From: a virus
Lineage: Duplodnaviria; Caudoviricetes
DNA: 64,000 nucleotides
Reading direction: 5' to 3' (one strand)
IMG/VR virus record: IMGVR_UViG_3300029305_003884
Span: 32,001 to 96,000 of that record
Shown here: in pieces, positions 9,353 through 18,802 of the stretch
How positions within the stretch are numbered: the stretch's first letter is position 1
How the letters are laid out: every line of letters starts with the position of its first letter
Translations under genes and position numbers: made by a program
The notes under the pieces: generated by a model
The model's database searches: none
Told to the model about the DNA's origin: nothing
Seen by the model: the letters and a program-made list of their open reading frames with translations, nothing else

Positions 9353-10639
9353 CTATTGCAACATAAAGAGGGTTTGGGACGTGATTTCCTTACCGTTGGT
9401 CACAAAGATGTAACTGGAAGCAGGGAACGTCTCATGTAGTTTTTCAATACTGTATTCGTTAGGACCGACGATTGACGGGTTGAGGAACACAGGGATGCAC
9501 TTTCCGCTGAGGAACCATTCGCCACCACGATGCCAGTGACCCATGATGGCTACGTCGAAATCAATGCCCATCTTCATGAACATGCCGTAGTCCTTGAAGT
9601 TGTCTCTGGTGACCGTGCTAATCGGGGAGCAGAACGCACCGCCGCCACGATATGCGTCACCGTGTTCAATCTTCCACTTCTGTTCACCAATTACGGCAAT
9701 GTCAGACGGGGCTTCGGAAACATGGACGGAAACGGTCATATCGTCGGCAAACGCTTCCTCGATGAACTTGTACAGGATGTACTCGTAGTTATCGTAAGCC
9801 TTGTTCTTGGCCTGCCATTTCTGGTTTGTACGGGAATGGTTACCAACGACGCAGTAAACATTCATCTTCTTGAACTGGTTTCTCAGGCTCTTGAAGGCGC
9901 CTACAATGAACTTGAAGTAGTCTACAAGGAGCTTGGTAAGCGGACCAGCGTTAGTCTCTTTGAGTTCGTCATGGATGTTACCAGAGAAGAGGTCGCCAAG
10001 CATGAGAATGTCAAGGGTTCCGCACTTGTTGTCACGGGCCATTTCAAGAGCCTTTTCAAAGAGCTTGAGATGACGGGCCTTGGAAATGTCTGGGTTGTAC
10101 TCGTTAATTCCATGGGTGCTGGCACTTGGAACGACTTCGCCATAGTGGGCATCCGAAATGGGAAGGACAAGATGGTTGTCGCCATCGTTAGCCTTCTTGA
10201 CATTGATGTAGAACTTGTCGTATTCAACTTCGGTAAGTTCAGTCTTCAATGCATCTGCCAACTCTGCTGCAACGTATGAACGGACCCTGAGCTTGTTGTT
10301 TTCGGCACGGAGGCTGTTCAGCTGCTTCTTTAAGTAGGTGTTTTCGCTTTCCTTGCGGTCTTCTACTGGGTCTTCCTTGTCCTGCGGGTACTGCGGGACT
10401 GCGGTTTCATCAGCGTTTGCGAGAGCAGCGGTGTATGAGTTGTATCTTTCGGAAAGTCTGTCAAAGCGCTTGCGTAGGGTATCCTTGGAGATTCCAAGAC
10501 CAGCTTTGTCAATTTCTTTCTGTGCGTTATCAAGTAGTTTCTGACGGTTCCAGCCATACTTCTCTGCTATATTGAAGAGTTGCTTCTGTTCAGCAGTGAG
10601 GCCGACTATGAACCCGCTTTCGGGGGTACTTGTCTTCAT
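9353..10639 (-). CDS. Calcineurin-like metallophosphoesterase with N-terminal helical region
   Basis: SDAHYG, GDLFSG, GNHSR, HGD, GHWH motifs. Confidence 0.88.
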   Translation of the reverse strand: MKTSTPESGFIVGLTAEQKQLFNIAEKYGWNRQKLLDNAQKEIDKAGLGISKDTLRKRFDRLSERYNSYTAALANADETAVPQYPQDKEDPVEDRKESENTYLKKQLNSLRAENNKLRVRSYVAAELADALKTELTEVEYDKFYINVKKANDGDNHLVLPISDAHYGEVVPSASTHGINEYNPDISKARHLKLFEKALEMARDNKCGTLDILMLGDLFSGNIHDELKETNAGPLTKLLVDYFKFIVGAFKSLRNQFKKMNVYCVVGNHSRTNQKWQAKNKAYDNYEYILYKFIEEAFADDMTVSVHVSEAPSDIAVIGEQKWKIEHGDAYRGGGAFCSPISTVTRDNFKDYGMFMKMGIDFDVAIMGHWHRGGEWFLSGKCIPVFLNPSIVGPNEYSIEKLHETFPASSYIFVTNGKEITSQTLFMLQ

Positions 10640-10719
10640 ATTTAAAATCCCAACATAGAGGGTTTAACTTCTATGTGGAAATATATGTTTTTCGAAAGCT
10701 ATTCTGACAAAAGATTTCA

Positions 10720-13700
10720 TTAAATTGTAATCGGGTCATTAAACATGCCCAAAGTAGGCTCGCCAAGGGTTCCGCCAGTCCTTGCACTGTTGCTAGGAAT
10801 ATCGGCACCTGGGTATGCGCTACGGGCTGGCCTGATATGAAGCTTGATGTTCCAGAAGTTCACCTCTGGGACTGAACCTTCCTTCGGGTCTCCGTTAGCA
10901 TCCATCGGGGTTGAAACGCTTTCGTACAAGTTCCTGAACTTGACTGAATTATTCACCTTTCCGTCGTCATCATACGGGAAGCTCTCTAACAAGAACGGCA
11001 CGCAACCTGGGTTCATCTCCATAGGAGGAACATCCACATAGCGTTTATTCATGGCATCCGTATAGTCGCTGCCGACACCACAAGGCATCTGCCATAGAGG
11101 TTGTTCAGGGCATGCGGCAATGTATTTGCTGACACTGAACTTCTTGTTTTCTACGCCTTCACTCATAGGAACACGGTTGGCGTACTTCTTCGGGTTTCCG
11201 TATGCGTAAGACTTTTCCGTGTAGTCAAGCGTCTTCGCACCGTATAGAGGTGTCAGGTAGCAGCTAGGATATTGTCTGTAATCCTTCACTACCCATCTTC
11301 CCAACGATGACGAGAACATAGCCTTGACATGCACCCTAGTGTACATTCCCTTGAATACATTGCTGATGTATTGTGGTGACACATTTTCCAATGGTGTTGT
11401 CAACGACAGTGGTGCGTCCGGTGGGTCAGTACCCTCTGAAGAAATCAAGTTGTACGTCATGTTGATATCTTCGCTATACTCGCCATCCGCATCATTATAT
11501 GCAAGGTCACAATATCTGTGCTGCATCTCCATGTTATCGGCAATCCTATTGTACAACGTGATTTCATGAGCATTAAGCAATGCTCCATACGGGTCGCTGG
11601 CATTAGGTGAATCGACATTGATTGCCCTGTGAGCATCATACATATGCAGCGGCATTCCATTGGAATACATTGTAAGTAAAGACTTCATGTAGTCAATTAC
11701 CTTTCTCATGGTCTCATTTTCATCGTCTTCCTCTGGATTCGGTATATTGGCTGATATTAGTTCAGCTGATGATAATGTACGTGTAGTTTCGTCATTATAT
11801 ACAGCAACCTTGTCGGGAATGGCAAGAAGGGCTCGCTTAACATCTTCGTCTGTACTTTGTGCAACAACACGCAATGTATTCCTACTAACAACAGGAAACG
11901 CTACTCCGTCAGTTGACATTACATGTGACATTGGGTAGAATGGCTCCATGTCACGGTTTGTAAATTCGCAGTCACGCTTCAAGAAATCGACTGTACCCTC
12001 TTCTGGGTCAAGCCAAGATATTGACCTAAGGCCTCTCTTGATAATAGGAAGGTCAAGGAACCCATTGACAAATGCACCATATTGATTTAGTGTTTTTTCG
12101 TCAGCATTCTTAATGAACAGTTTAAATACACTGTTTTCCGCTGTGTAGTTGAACGGGATATCCTCATCAGATGAGTAGTTGAAGTTGTCAACCGTCCGTT
12201 GGGTTGTGCCTGATGCATCTTTTATATAACGGTAGTTCACATTGCCATACGTTAGTGAAGCACCAGCACCACTGGGGTCGTAACCATTTGAATCTACGAA
12301 CTTGTCAATTGCCTTGTCGTAGAATATTCTGAAGTTGTCTTTATGGGTATACTCATTCCAACCAGCATAGGCTAGATTTCTATTCAATTCAGCATCAACA
12401 CCAAGGCAGTAGTTAGGCAAGTGAATTATCTTCGTTTCCCAGTCATTGAGACGCTGCAGGTTATCGGGTTCAGTAGGTGAAACTTCTGTTTCAGGTAATG
12501 GGCATATATAAGTTTCTGGGTTGTGAGGGTCTATGGTTCTATCCTCTTCAAATCCCCAGCTAGTATTCTTCTTGTTTTCATAATCCCTAGTAGAGACATA
12601 TCCAACACGTGCTACCTTAAAGTCGCCGATAAGGTCATGGAACGCCTTTGTTGCACGGCTGACCACATACATCTCGTCCTTGTGCTCATCATCTACGTCA
12701 GCATCAAGTGTTTGCGGGAGATACACCCTAAGGAGTGAACCGAGAACGGAGTTTCCTTCTGCCGTGTCGTTGTTAGATTCCCCATAACGCAATTCTGATA
12801 TCGGATGCGCTCCACGGAACATACTGTCGAAACCAGAATAAACCCGTTCATTCATCTCGAAAACAAGTCTTGTCAGCGGTTTATCTCCACCGTCAACATA
12901 ATCTACGTTTGCATTGGTTGTCAAACCCAAGTGACGAACACGGGTTCTTCCGTTAAGTCTCCAAGGGAACGTATTTGTTGATGTAGGATAAATGGTGGCA
13001 ATTATAGAATCATTGTCAATCAGTTCTGGTTCCAAAGACGGTTGGTTAGGGTCAGATGCAGTAAAAGCACCACTATCTTCGGTATGCTCAGTCAACCCAT
13101 CTTGGTCATTAACCGTCTTTATATCTACTATGCAGGTAGGACGCTTGGGCTCCTTGGTATATATTTTCCATCGTCTACTTGACGTGTCATAGGGAAATTT
13201 GCTATTTACAGATATGTCGCTTATAAACCCATGAACATCATTGCTAGGCGTAAACACAACAGGTGTTGAGAAAGTGACCAGCAATCCATCATCTGATTCT
13301 TTTGATGATACAACGAGTTTTTCTTCCTCATGCGTAACTTTACCGAAAAGAGGAGTATCAACATCATATTTCAATAGGATGTAGTCACCTTTATTTAGTG
13401 TAGGTCTTTCCCTTCCGTTGAACAACACACTTAAATGGTCATCATTTAAACGCCCATCAGTTAATGTAGCGACATCTACGGTTCCAGTAAATCGGAAAGT
13501 TTTAGGACATTCATAACGATTGAGTAACCCAAACGCAATAGTGCTTCCATCATCAACATCCATAGGATGCCGTGTTCTAAGGGTGAACGAATTGCCTGAA
13601 GTGGATATGCCACTGTCCATCACACCGTTGTTTGGTAGCACATTCTGTTTTCCAGACAAAATGTATACACGTGGCTGGGACACGTAGTCTGTAAAGCTTT

Positions 13701-14997
13701 TTAGTGCATTCGTGACAGACTGAGGCTCTTGGCTAACAGTGTTAGGCTGGCTTACAACAGGCAAAGCAACATTTAGTTCAACCTCTGTTCCGTCAGCTAG
13801 GTCTAATGCAGCAGGTAGATGAATAAACGTCTTTCTTGGAGGATTATTCACCATGTCTTCCAAGTCTTGCTGAATAACAAACGTATGACGCTCACCAGAA
13901 TTTTCAACATTGAGTCTTATATTATTGTTGATTCCCTGAAGCGTACCGCTCGGATAATCCATGTAGTCATTAGTACCAGAGGTTGACATGAGCCAGTCGT
14001 TCAGTTTGCCTATATTAGACCATACGTATTCTTCGTTTTCTTCTTCTGGTCTCGGTGTACCAGAACAATTACCTATACCACTGGTGTCAATCACGTGTCC
14101 AAAGCCATCTATGACAACAGTCTTTCCAGCAACAGAGTGAACGATTGCTCCACGGCTAAGGAACCATTTCACGAGCAATCCATGAGCATCAGCTGGATAT
14201 TCGGCCCCACGGAACTTTCCGCACTCTACGGCGGCCCCAAGCACATGCGTGATGTAATCGGCGACTTCCTGGTCGCTAAACCTGTTTCTGTAATGGTCAT
14301 GTACGTTGTCGTTCATGGTTTCGTCGAATTCGACTGGAAGCTCTTGGCTTTCGCAAGAGTCCTGCACGGATGTCTTGTACATCCATGTATAATGAAGAAT
14401 TCCATTATCGTCTTCATCCACAATGAGTTTGTACACGCCGTTGTTATCTTCGCTCCCAGTAAACTTGATGAAGAGAGGGTCTACGCCAGCGTCCCGAGTC
14501 AATTCAGGACGGAAGGTCACTGAACATGATATACCTTCTTCTGGAATGCCCGACTGGGGTTCCGTTTCGATATAGTTCTCTCCCGTAACCGTGTAATCTC
14601 CGTTAACCGCTTCGTACGTAAGGTCGTCGACAGAGATTGTCACGATGGAGTTTTCGAAAAACGTGGCGGAATCCGTCTGTATGGTGTATCCTTCACTACC
14701 AGCGACAAGCGTTGCCTTCACTATGAAAGTGTCATGGTCACTGTCCGTACGGGGAAACTTGAACGCATCCTTGTATTCAAGTATGGCTGAAATTGCAGAT
14801 TCATTCTCCGTCAAATCAGGTTTGACCAACATGTTCAAATTGAACGTGGTCGGGGGAACCCCACCAGGGACATATCCGCTTCGGTTCACGAACGGAAAGC
14901 CTAAAGGACTCAGCGTGAAATTTCCATGGGAATCGCCCCTCACAGGAACACGTTCATGAGTTACATAATCCTTTATTTTGATACTTCTGCTTTCCAT
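10720..14997 (-). CDS. Large virion structural protein (~1425 aa)
   Basis: Start moved to ATG 14997 (GGAG RBS, late motif 22 nt upstream); beta-rich composition. Confidence 0.75.
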   Translation of the reverse strand: MESRSIKIKDYVTHERVPVRGDSHGNFTLSPLGFPFVNRSGYVPGGVPPTTFNLNMLVKPDLTENESAISAILEYKDAFKFPRTDSDHDTFIVKATLVAGSEGYTIQTDSATFFENSIVTISVDDLTYEAVNGDYTVTGENYIETEPQSGIPEEGISCSVTFRPELTRDAGVDPLFIKFTGSEDNNGVYKLIVDEDDNGILHYTWMYKTSVQDSCESQELPVEFDETMNDNVHDHYRNRFSDQEVADYITHVLGAAVECGKFRGAEYPADAHGLLVKWFLSRGAIVHSVAGKTVVIDGFGHVIDTSGIGNCSGTPRPEEENEEYVWSNIGKLNDWLMSTSGTNDYMDYPSGTLQGINNNIRLNVENSGERHTFVIQQDLEDMVNNPPRKTFIHLPAALDLADGTEVELNVALPVVSQPNTVSQEPQSVTNALKSFTDYVSQPRVYILSGKQNVLPNNGVMDSGISTSGNSFTLRTRHPMDVDDGSTIAFGLLNRYECPKTFRFTGTVDVATLTDGRLNDDHLSVLFNGRERPTLNKGDYILLKYDVDTPLFGKVTHEEEKLVVSSKESDDGLLVTFSTPVVFTPSNDVHGFISDISVNSKFPYDTSSRRWKIYTKEPKRPTCIVDIKTVNDQDGLTEHTEDSGAFTASDPNQPSLEPELIDNDSIIATIYPTSTNTFPWRLNGRTRVRHLGLTTNANVDYVDGGDKPLTRLVFEMNERVYSGFDSMFRGAHPISELRYGESNNDTAEGNSVLGSLLRVYLPQTLDADVDDEHKDEMYVVSRATKAFHDLIGDFKVARVGYVSTRDYENKKNTSWGFEEDRTIDPHNPETYICPLPETEVSPTEPDNLQRLNDWETKIIHLPNYCLGVDAELNRNLAYAGWNEYTHKDNFRIFYDKAIDKFVDSNGYDPSGAGASLTYGNVNYRYIKDASGTTQRTVDNFNYSSDEDIPFNYTAENSVFKLFIKNADEKTLNQYGAFVNGFLDLPIIKRGLRSISWLDPEEGTVDFLKRDCEFTNRDMEPFYPMSHVMSTDGVAFPVVSRNTLRVVAQSTDEDVKRALLAIPDKVAVYNDETTRTLSSAELISANIPNPEEDDENETMRKVIDYMKSLLTMYSNGMPLHMYDAHRAINVDSPNASDPYGALLNAHEITLYNRIADNMEMQHRYCDLAYNDADGEYSEDINMTYNLISSEGTDPPDAPLSLTTPLENVSPQYISNVFKGMYTRVHVKAMFSSSLGRWVVKDYRQYPSCYLTPLYGAKTLDYTEKSYAYGNPKKYANRVPMSEGVENKKFSVSKYIAACPEQPLWQMPCGVGSDYTDAMNKRYVDVPPMEMNPGCVPFLLESFPYDDDGKVNNSVKFRNLYESVSTPMDANGDPKEGSVPEVNFWNIKLHIRPARSAYPGADIPSNSARTGGTLGEPTLGMFNDPITI

Positions 14998-15019
14998 CGG
15001 GTCTCCATTTTTGCAATTA

Positions 15020-15028
15020 TAGTTTATA
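15020..15028 (-). promoter_or_regulatory. Late promoter motif TATAAACTA
   Basis: Exact motif 22 nt before ATG 14997. Confidence 0.8.
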
Positions 15029-15053
15029 ATCTGGTACGAAAACCGCATCAAGG

Positions 15054-15062
15054 TATAAACTA
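15054..15062 (+). promoter_or_regulatory. Late promoter motif TATAAACTA
   Basis: Exact motif 31 nt before ATG 15094. Confidence 0.8.
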
Positions 15063-15093
15063 TACACAGAGGCAATTCCATGAGGAAAGAACA

Positions 15094-15501
15094 ATGCAAT
15101 TTATCGATTTCATCAACACCTACGTCGAAGACGAAGATTTCAAGAAAACCGTAAACCGTCTGTACGAGGTGTGGAAGCAGAACGAACCTTCTCGTCTTGA
15201 ATCAGCTGTCACAATCCAACCGCAGCAGACGGTCTCGACGGCAAATACGCCCGAGCAGAACGCCGCAGCCCAGCAGCAACAGAAGAAAGTAGAGCCGAGA
15301 ACCATTCAGGGAGACCTGAACAACATGGATTCACAGAAGGCCATGTCTCTTGCCGCACGCTTCCAGGAAATCGAGAAGCAGAAGGAAGAGAACCAGAAGG
15401 CCGCAGAACAGGCCCAGGAAAAGATTGACAACGAACTTGACGAGCTCCAGAACAACTTCAACGCAGTTGTCAACGGAAAGACTGACAACATCGTAGGATA
15501 A
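15094..15501 (+). CDS. Putative prohead core / internal head protein
   Basis: GAGGA RBS; MQFIDFI...LYE...RLES; coiled-coil C-terminus; late motif. Confidence 0.6.
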   Translation: MQFIDFINTYVEDEDFKKTVNRLYEVWKQNEPSRLESAVTIQPQQTVSTANTPEQNAAAQQQQKKVEPRTIQGDLNNMDSQKAMSLAARFQEIEKQKEENQKAAEQAQEKIDNELDELQNNFNAVVNGKTDNIVG

Positions 15502-15505
15502 TACA

Positions 15506-16093
15506 ATGCTAGCAACGTTCAGCCAACAACTCAGATATCTCAGGAGAAACGAACCGTCCCTGTACGAATCCATCTCGAAGGCATACCGCAAATGCCTAAT
15601 GGAATCCAATTTGGCTCCCCAGATGAGTCAGACAGACGACGAGGCTGCAGAAACTCCCGTCGAAAAGACTGAAATCAAGCAGAACAGCACTAAGGGCGTT
15701 GATGACCTCATGTCCAAGGTTCATGCCATGGTTGGCGTAAACGAGACTAAGAAGGAAGGCGATGAGATATTCGACCTGAAAAAGGACGATGTCGAAACTG
15801 TCAAACCTGACCCACAGCAGCAGGCAGACCTGTTCGGTGAAGTTCCTGATGAAACACCCAACGATGAATTTGTTCCAGAGGTTCCTATGGAACCTGCAAA
15901 CACCGAGATGCCATCGGAGAATCCTCCTGCCGAAACCGCCAGCGACAATCTGGTTTCAGAGGAACCTCCTGCCGAAGGCGTAACCAATGAGCCAGTAGAA
16001 GATAATACTACCGAGGACTCATCTGTTGACGACATTGATGAATTCGACCTTGACCACCTATTCGGTCCAGATGACGAATCGTCTTCTACCTAA
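15506..16093 (+). CDS. Acidic putative prohead core / internal head protein
   Basis: N-terminus ...LYESISKAYRKCLMES followed by a very acidic low-complexity body. Confidence 0.6.
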   Translation: MLATFSQQLRYLRRNEPSLYESISKAYRKCLMESNLAPQMSQTDDEAAETPVEKTEIKQNSTKGVDDLMSKVHAMVGVNETKKEGDEIFDLKKDDVETVKPDPQQQADLFGEVPDETPNDEFVPEVPMEPANTEMPSENPPAETASDNLVSEEPPAEGVTNEPVEDNTTEDSSVDDIDEFDLDHLFGPDDESSST

Positions 16094-16095
16094 TT

Positions 16096-16121
16096 AAAAA
16101 GGCGGCTTCACAGCCGCCTTT
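16096..16121. terminator. Bidirectional intrinsic terminator
   Basis: AAAAAGGCGGCT-TCAC-AGCCGCCTTT between convergent genes. Confidence 0.8.
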
Positions 16122-16149
16122 AAGTTACCCCCAAATCTTTCACCGAACA

Positions 16150-16665
16150 TCATTCCTGTTCTGGTTCATTGTCCCATTCGTGCAGTCGATTGGTGAGACG
16201 TTCGATTTCACGGTTGTACTTGCAAGTCTTCCAGTATTCCCTGTCAGTCGGGTATTCCTTCCTAGTGATAGTCATGTTGTCGGTCAAGTCGCCAATCTTG
16301 ACGATTGTAGCAATCTTGTTCTCCATGATTTTGCTAAGATATTCCTCTCGACAAGAAGTCTTGTTGTGGGAAAGATGACTTACAGCATCCCATACGGTCT
16401 CAGGGAAGAACATGCTCAAATCGGTCTGGCAGAATCCCCCGTTATCAAGGATATCATGGAGATACCCAACGGTAATAACTTCGTCGCTATAACCGTTATC
16501 TTCAAGGAATTCTACAACTCTCTCGATGTGAGACATAAGTGTCCCACCAGCCTTGTCCTTCTGGTCCACATGTGCAAATTCGGCAAAATCGTGAGCGGTC
16601 TGCTTCTGGCTGCCCGTGCATTTATAACTGCGTAAAAACTTGTTTATTTCTGAACGTGTATACAT
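16150..16665 (-). CDS. HD-domain hydrolase, SpoT/Mesh1-like
   Basis: AHxxQxDKAG...H...V, YLHDIL, VKIGDLTDN. Confidence 0.8.
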   Translation of the reverse strand: MYTRSEINKFLRSYKCTGSQKQTAHDFAEFAHVDQKDKAGGTLMSHIERVVEFLEDNGYSDEVITVGYLHDILDNGGFCQTDLSMFFPETVWDAVSHLSHNKTSCREEYLSKIMENKIATIVKIGDLTDNMTITRKEYPTDREYWKTCKYNREIERLTNRLHEWDNEPEQE

Positions 16666-16750
16666 TCGTCTCCATCCACCTTAATAGGAAAAATAATGTA
16701 ACATGAAGCTCTCTATACCTGCTTCTCCACTAAATTATATTTTTTGAAAG

Positions 16751-18784
16751 CTATTCCGTCATAGGTTCCAAGGAAGTTTTCTCGAACGGGTCGGCAAACA
16801 TCGGGAACCCAGCGGTTTCATAGCCCTTGTACTCGTTTCCAGGACGGGAATCATCCAAAATACCCTTGTTTGTCGGGTCGACAAAGCCTACTGGGCCAAT
16901 GAACACATGGTCAGGGAGCTGGTAGTAGTCATACAGCTTCCACTGAGTGTCTTTAGCTGAATAGACGAAGGTTGCACGGTACATCACCGGCCTGTTAGGT
17001 ACGCCGATATTCTCGTCATACACATAGAAGTTCGTGAGTCTGGCCATGCTGAACTTTGCTAGCGGGTTGAGCGTGCATGTGCCGCTCTTCGCTTCGTCGG
17101 CATCGTCCACCGAGTAGACGTAAATCTGAGCCTTGTTTATGATAAGGTCACTCGTCGACTGTCCGTTGTAGGCTGGGTTCGGCCATATCCTAAAGAAGAA
17201 GTCGAACGTGTATCCATCCTCGGGAGTATTCTCGCCAGTGCCGTCATCTGACTTTCCATGTACAGGAAGGTAGATGCACAGACCCTGGTCGAGGTCAGGT
17301 CCGTCGTAATTGATGTAGTTCACAGTAGTGACATCCTCTGCGGAATGGTCAAACACCATGCTTGCACTGTAAGCCTGTCTCTTCGTAATCGGAACATTCG
17401 GGTCATAAGTACAGACCCTTCCTTCCATCCACACGTCGGCGGTAGAATAAGGGAACATCGTGTAGTTGGCCGTGTCGAATACACCAACCCTACGCATGTA
17501 AGTGCTGTCCTTCATCTTGTACTTGGTGTTTCCCTCGATTCCGATATTGACACTCGGTTCCGCATAGGAATCATCGGCATTCTGCAGTACGATACCCATG
17601 AAGTCATTGTCGGGTTTCATCCTGATGATAGACGATGAGCTAAATACGTTGCTTATTGGGAGAAGGACGATTTCCTTCCACAACTGCTCCTCGCCAGCAT
17701 AATCGGAATATTCATATTCAGTTGAATGAACAGTGTAATCCACATTACTAAATGTAATATCTCCTGAAGGTTCATCCGACGGGTCCTCAGAATAGGTCAA
17801 GGTCCACTTACCTTCTTCTGTGGAAGGAGCCAACTCCAGACCTGTACCAACTGGATAGGAATCTTTGGTGAAATCATCAGGAGCAACGATAGTTCCTGTT
17901 GCCGTGAATGTTTCAGAGTTATAACTCTCAACAGTGAATGTTACGGTCTCGGCAGTTTTCTCTGTCGGAACATCCTTAGCGATAAGGGTTCCCAAGTAAT
18001 CGGCAGGGTCGCTCAGGTTTGTGTTGTCTTCGGCAAGGTTCACAAACATGTGGTATATTCCAGTGTCCTCGTCACCCCTCACGACAAGTTCACCCTTGTT
18101 GTAAGACTGTCCTGCCTCCCATACCTTTCCGACATACAACGCCTTCGACGTACCCAGGTCGCTGAGATAGATTGCCTCGTCGGTCGTGACTGCATATACA
18201 GAACCTTCATTCACGATGAAATGATGCTTCTTCTTGGATGCAGAAGAATTCGAAGAACTGAATTCAATAATCAACGGAGAAACACCTGCGGCCTCAGGGT
18301 CTTCATTCGGAGAATCAACCATGTAAAGGCTGTATCCATCTTCCGATTCTGCATTGCGGTATATGGCATATTTCAGCGGAGCCGCCTCGTCCTTGCTATT
18401 GAGAACAAATGCGTCGATGAACGCTCTCCAACTGGTACCGCCGTTGTTGGCTACGTTAATCCGAATCACGACATCGTCCTTTCCTTCCTCGGTCGCATCC
18501 GTGGATGCAACCATCCCGTACTCGCCATCGAGGTCGAATGCCTTAGGTGCGACTGGGGTAACCAAAGATATGCTAGCCGTCTTGGCCTGAGCCTTCTTCG
18601 TCGGGAACGTCCATGTATGGAAGTACGGAGCGCTGTTCTTCATCAAGCGGACCGTAACATAATCCTTTTCAGAATTATTCCATTCCATCAATGCGTTGAA
18701 AATTGATTCGTAATTGTAGTTATTTCTAGCGATGTCACGACCGATAGATTCAAGTGGAAATGCATTAGAAAAAGTCTGTCCCAT
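16751..18784 (-). CDS. Virion structural protein (tail/baseplate), possible small carbohydrate-binding module
   Basis: Co-transcribed with 18803-22132; WEAGQSYNKGELV resembles CBM5/12-type motifs. Confidence 0.6.
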   Translation of the reverse strand: MGQTFSNAFPLESIGRDIARNNYNYESIFNALMEWNNSEKDYVTVRLMKNSAPYFHTWTFPTKKAQAKTASISLVTPVAPKAFDLDGEYGMVASTDATEEGKDDVVIRINVANNGGTSWRAFIDAFVLNSKDEAAPLKYAIYRNAESEDGYSLYMVDSPNEDPEAAGVSPLIIEFSSSNSSASKKKHHFIVNEGSVYAVTTDEAIYLSDLGTSKALYVGKVWEAGQSYNKGELVVRGDEDTGIYHMFVNLAEDNTNLSDPADYLGTLIAKDVPTEKTAETVTFTVESYNSETFTATGTIVAPDDFTKDSYPVGTGLELAPSTEEGKWTLTYSEDPSDEPSGDITFSNVDYTVHSTEYEYSDYAGEEQLWKEIVLLPISNVFSSSSIIRMKPDNDFMGIVLQNADDSYAEPSVNIGIEGNTKYKMKDSTYMRRVGVFDTANYTMFPYSTADVWMEGRVCTYDPNVPITKRQAYSASMVFDHSAEDVTTVNYINYDGPDLDQGLCIYLPVHGKSDDGTGENTPEDGYTFDFFFRIWPNPAYNGQSTSDLIINKAQIYVYSVDDADEAKSGTCTLNPLAKFSMARLTNFYVYDENIGVPNRPVMYRATFVYSAKDTQWKLYDYYQLPDHVFIGPVGFVDPTNKGILDDSRPGNEYKGYETAGFPMFADPFEKTSLEPMTE

Positions 18785-18802
18785 AAAAACTCCACAATAT
18801 CA

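Noticed and set aside
9353-10639. Metallophosphoesterase as gp47/SbcD
   Set aside because: Long N-terminal extension, different motif context and 31 kb from gp46.
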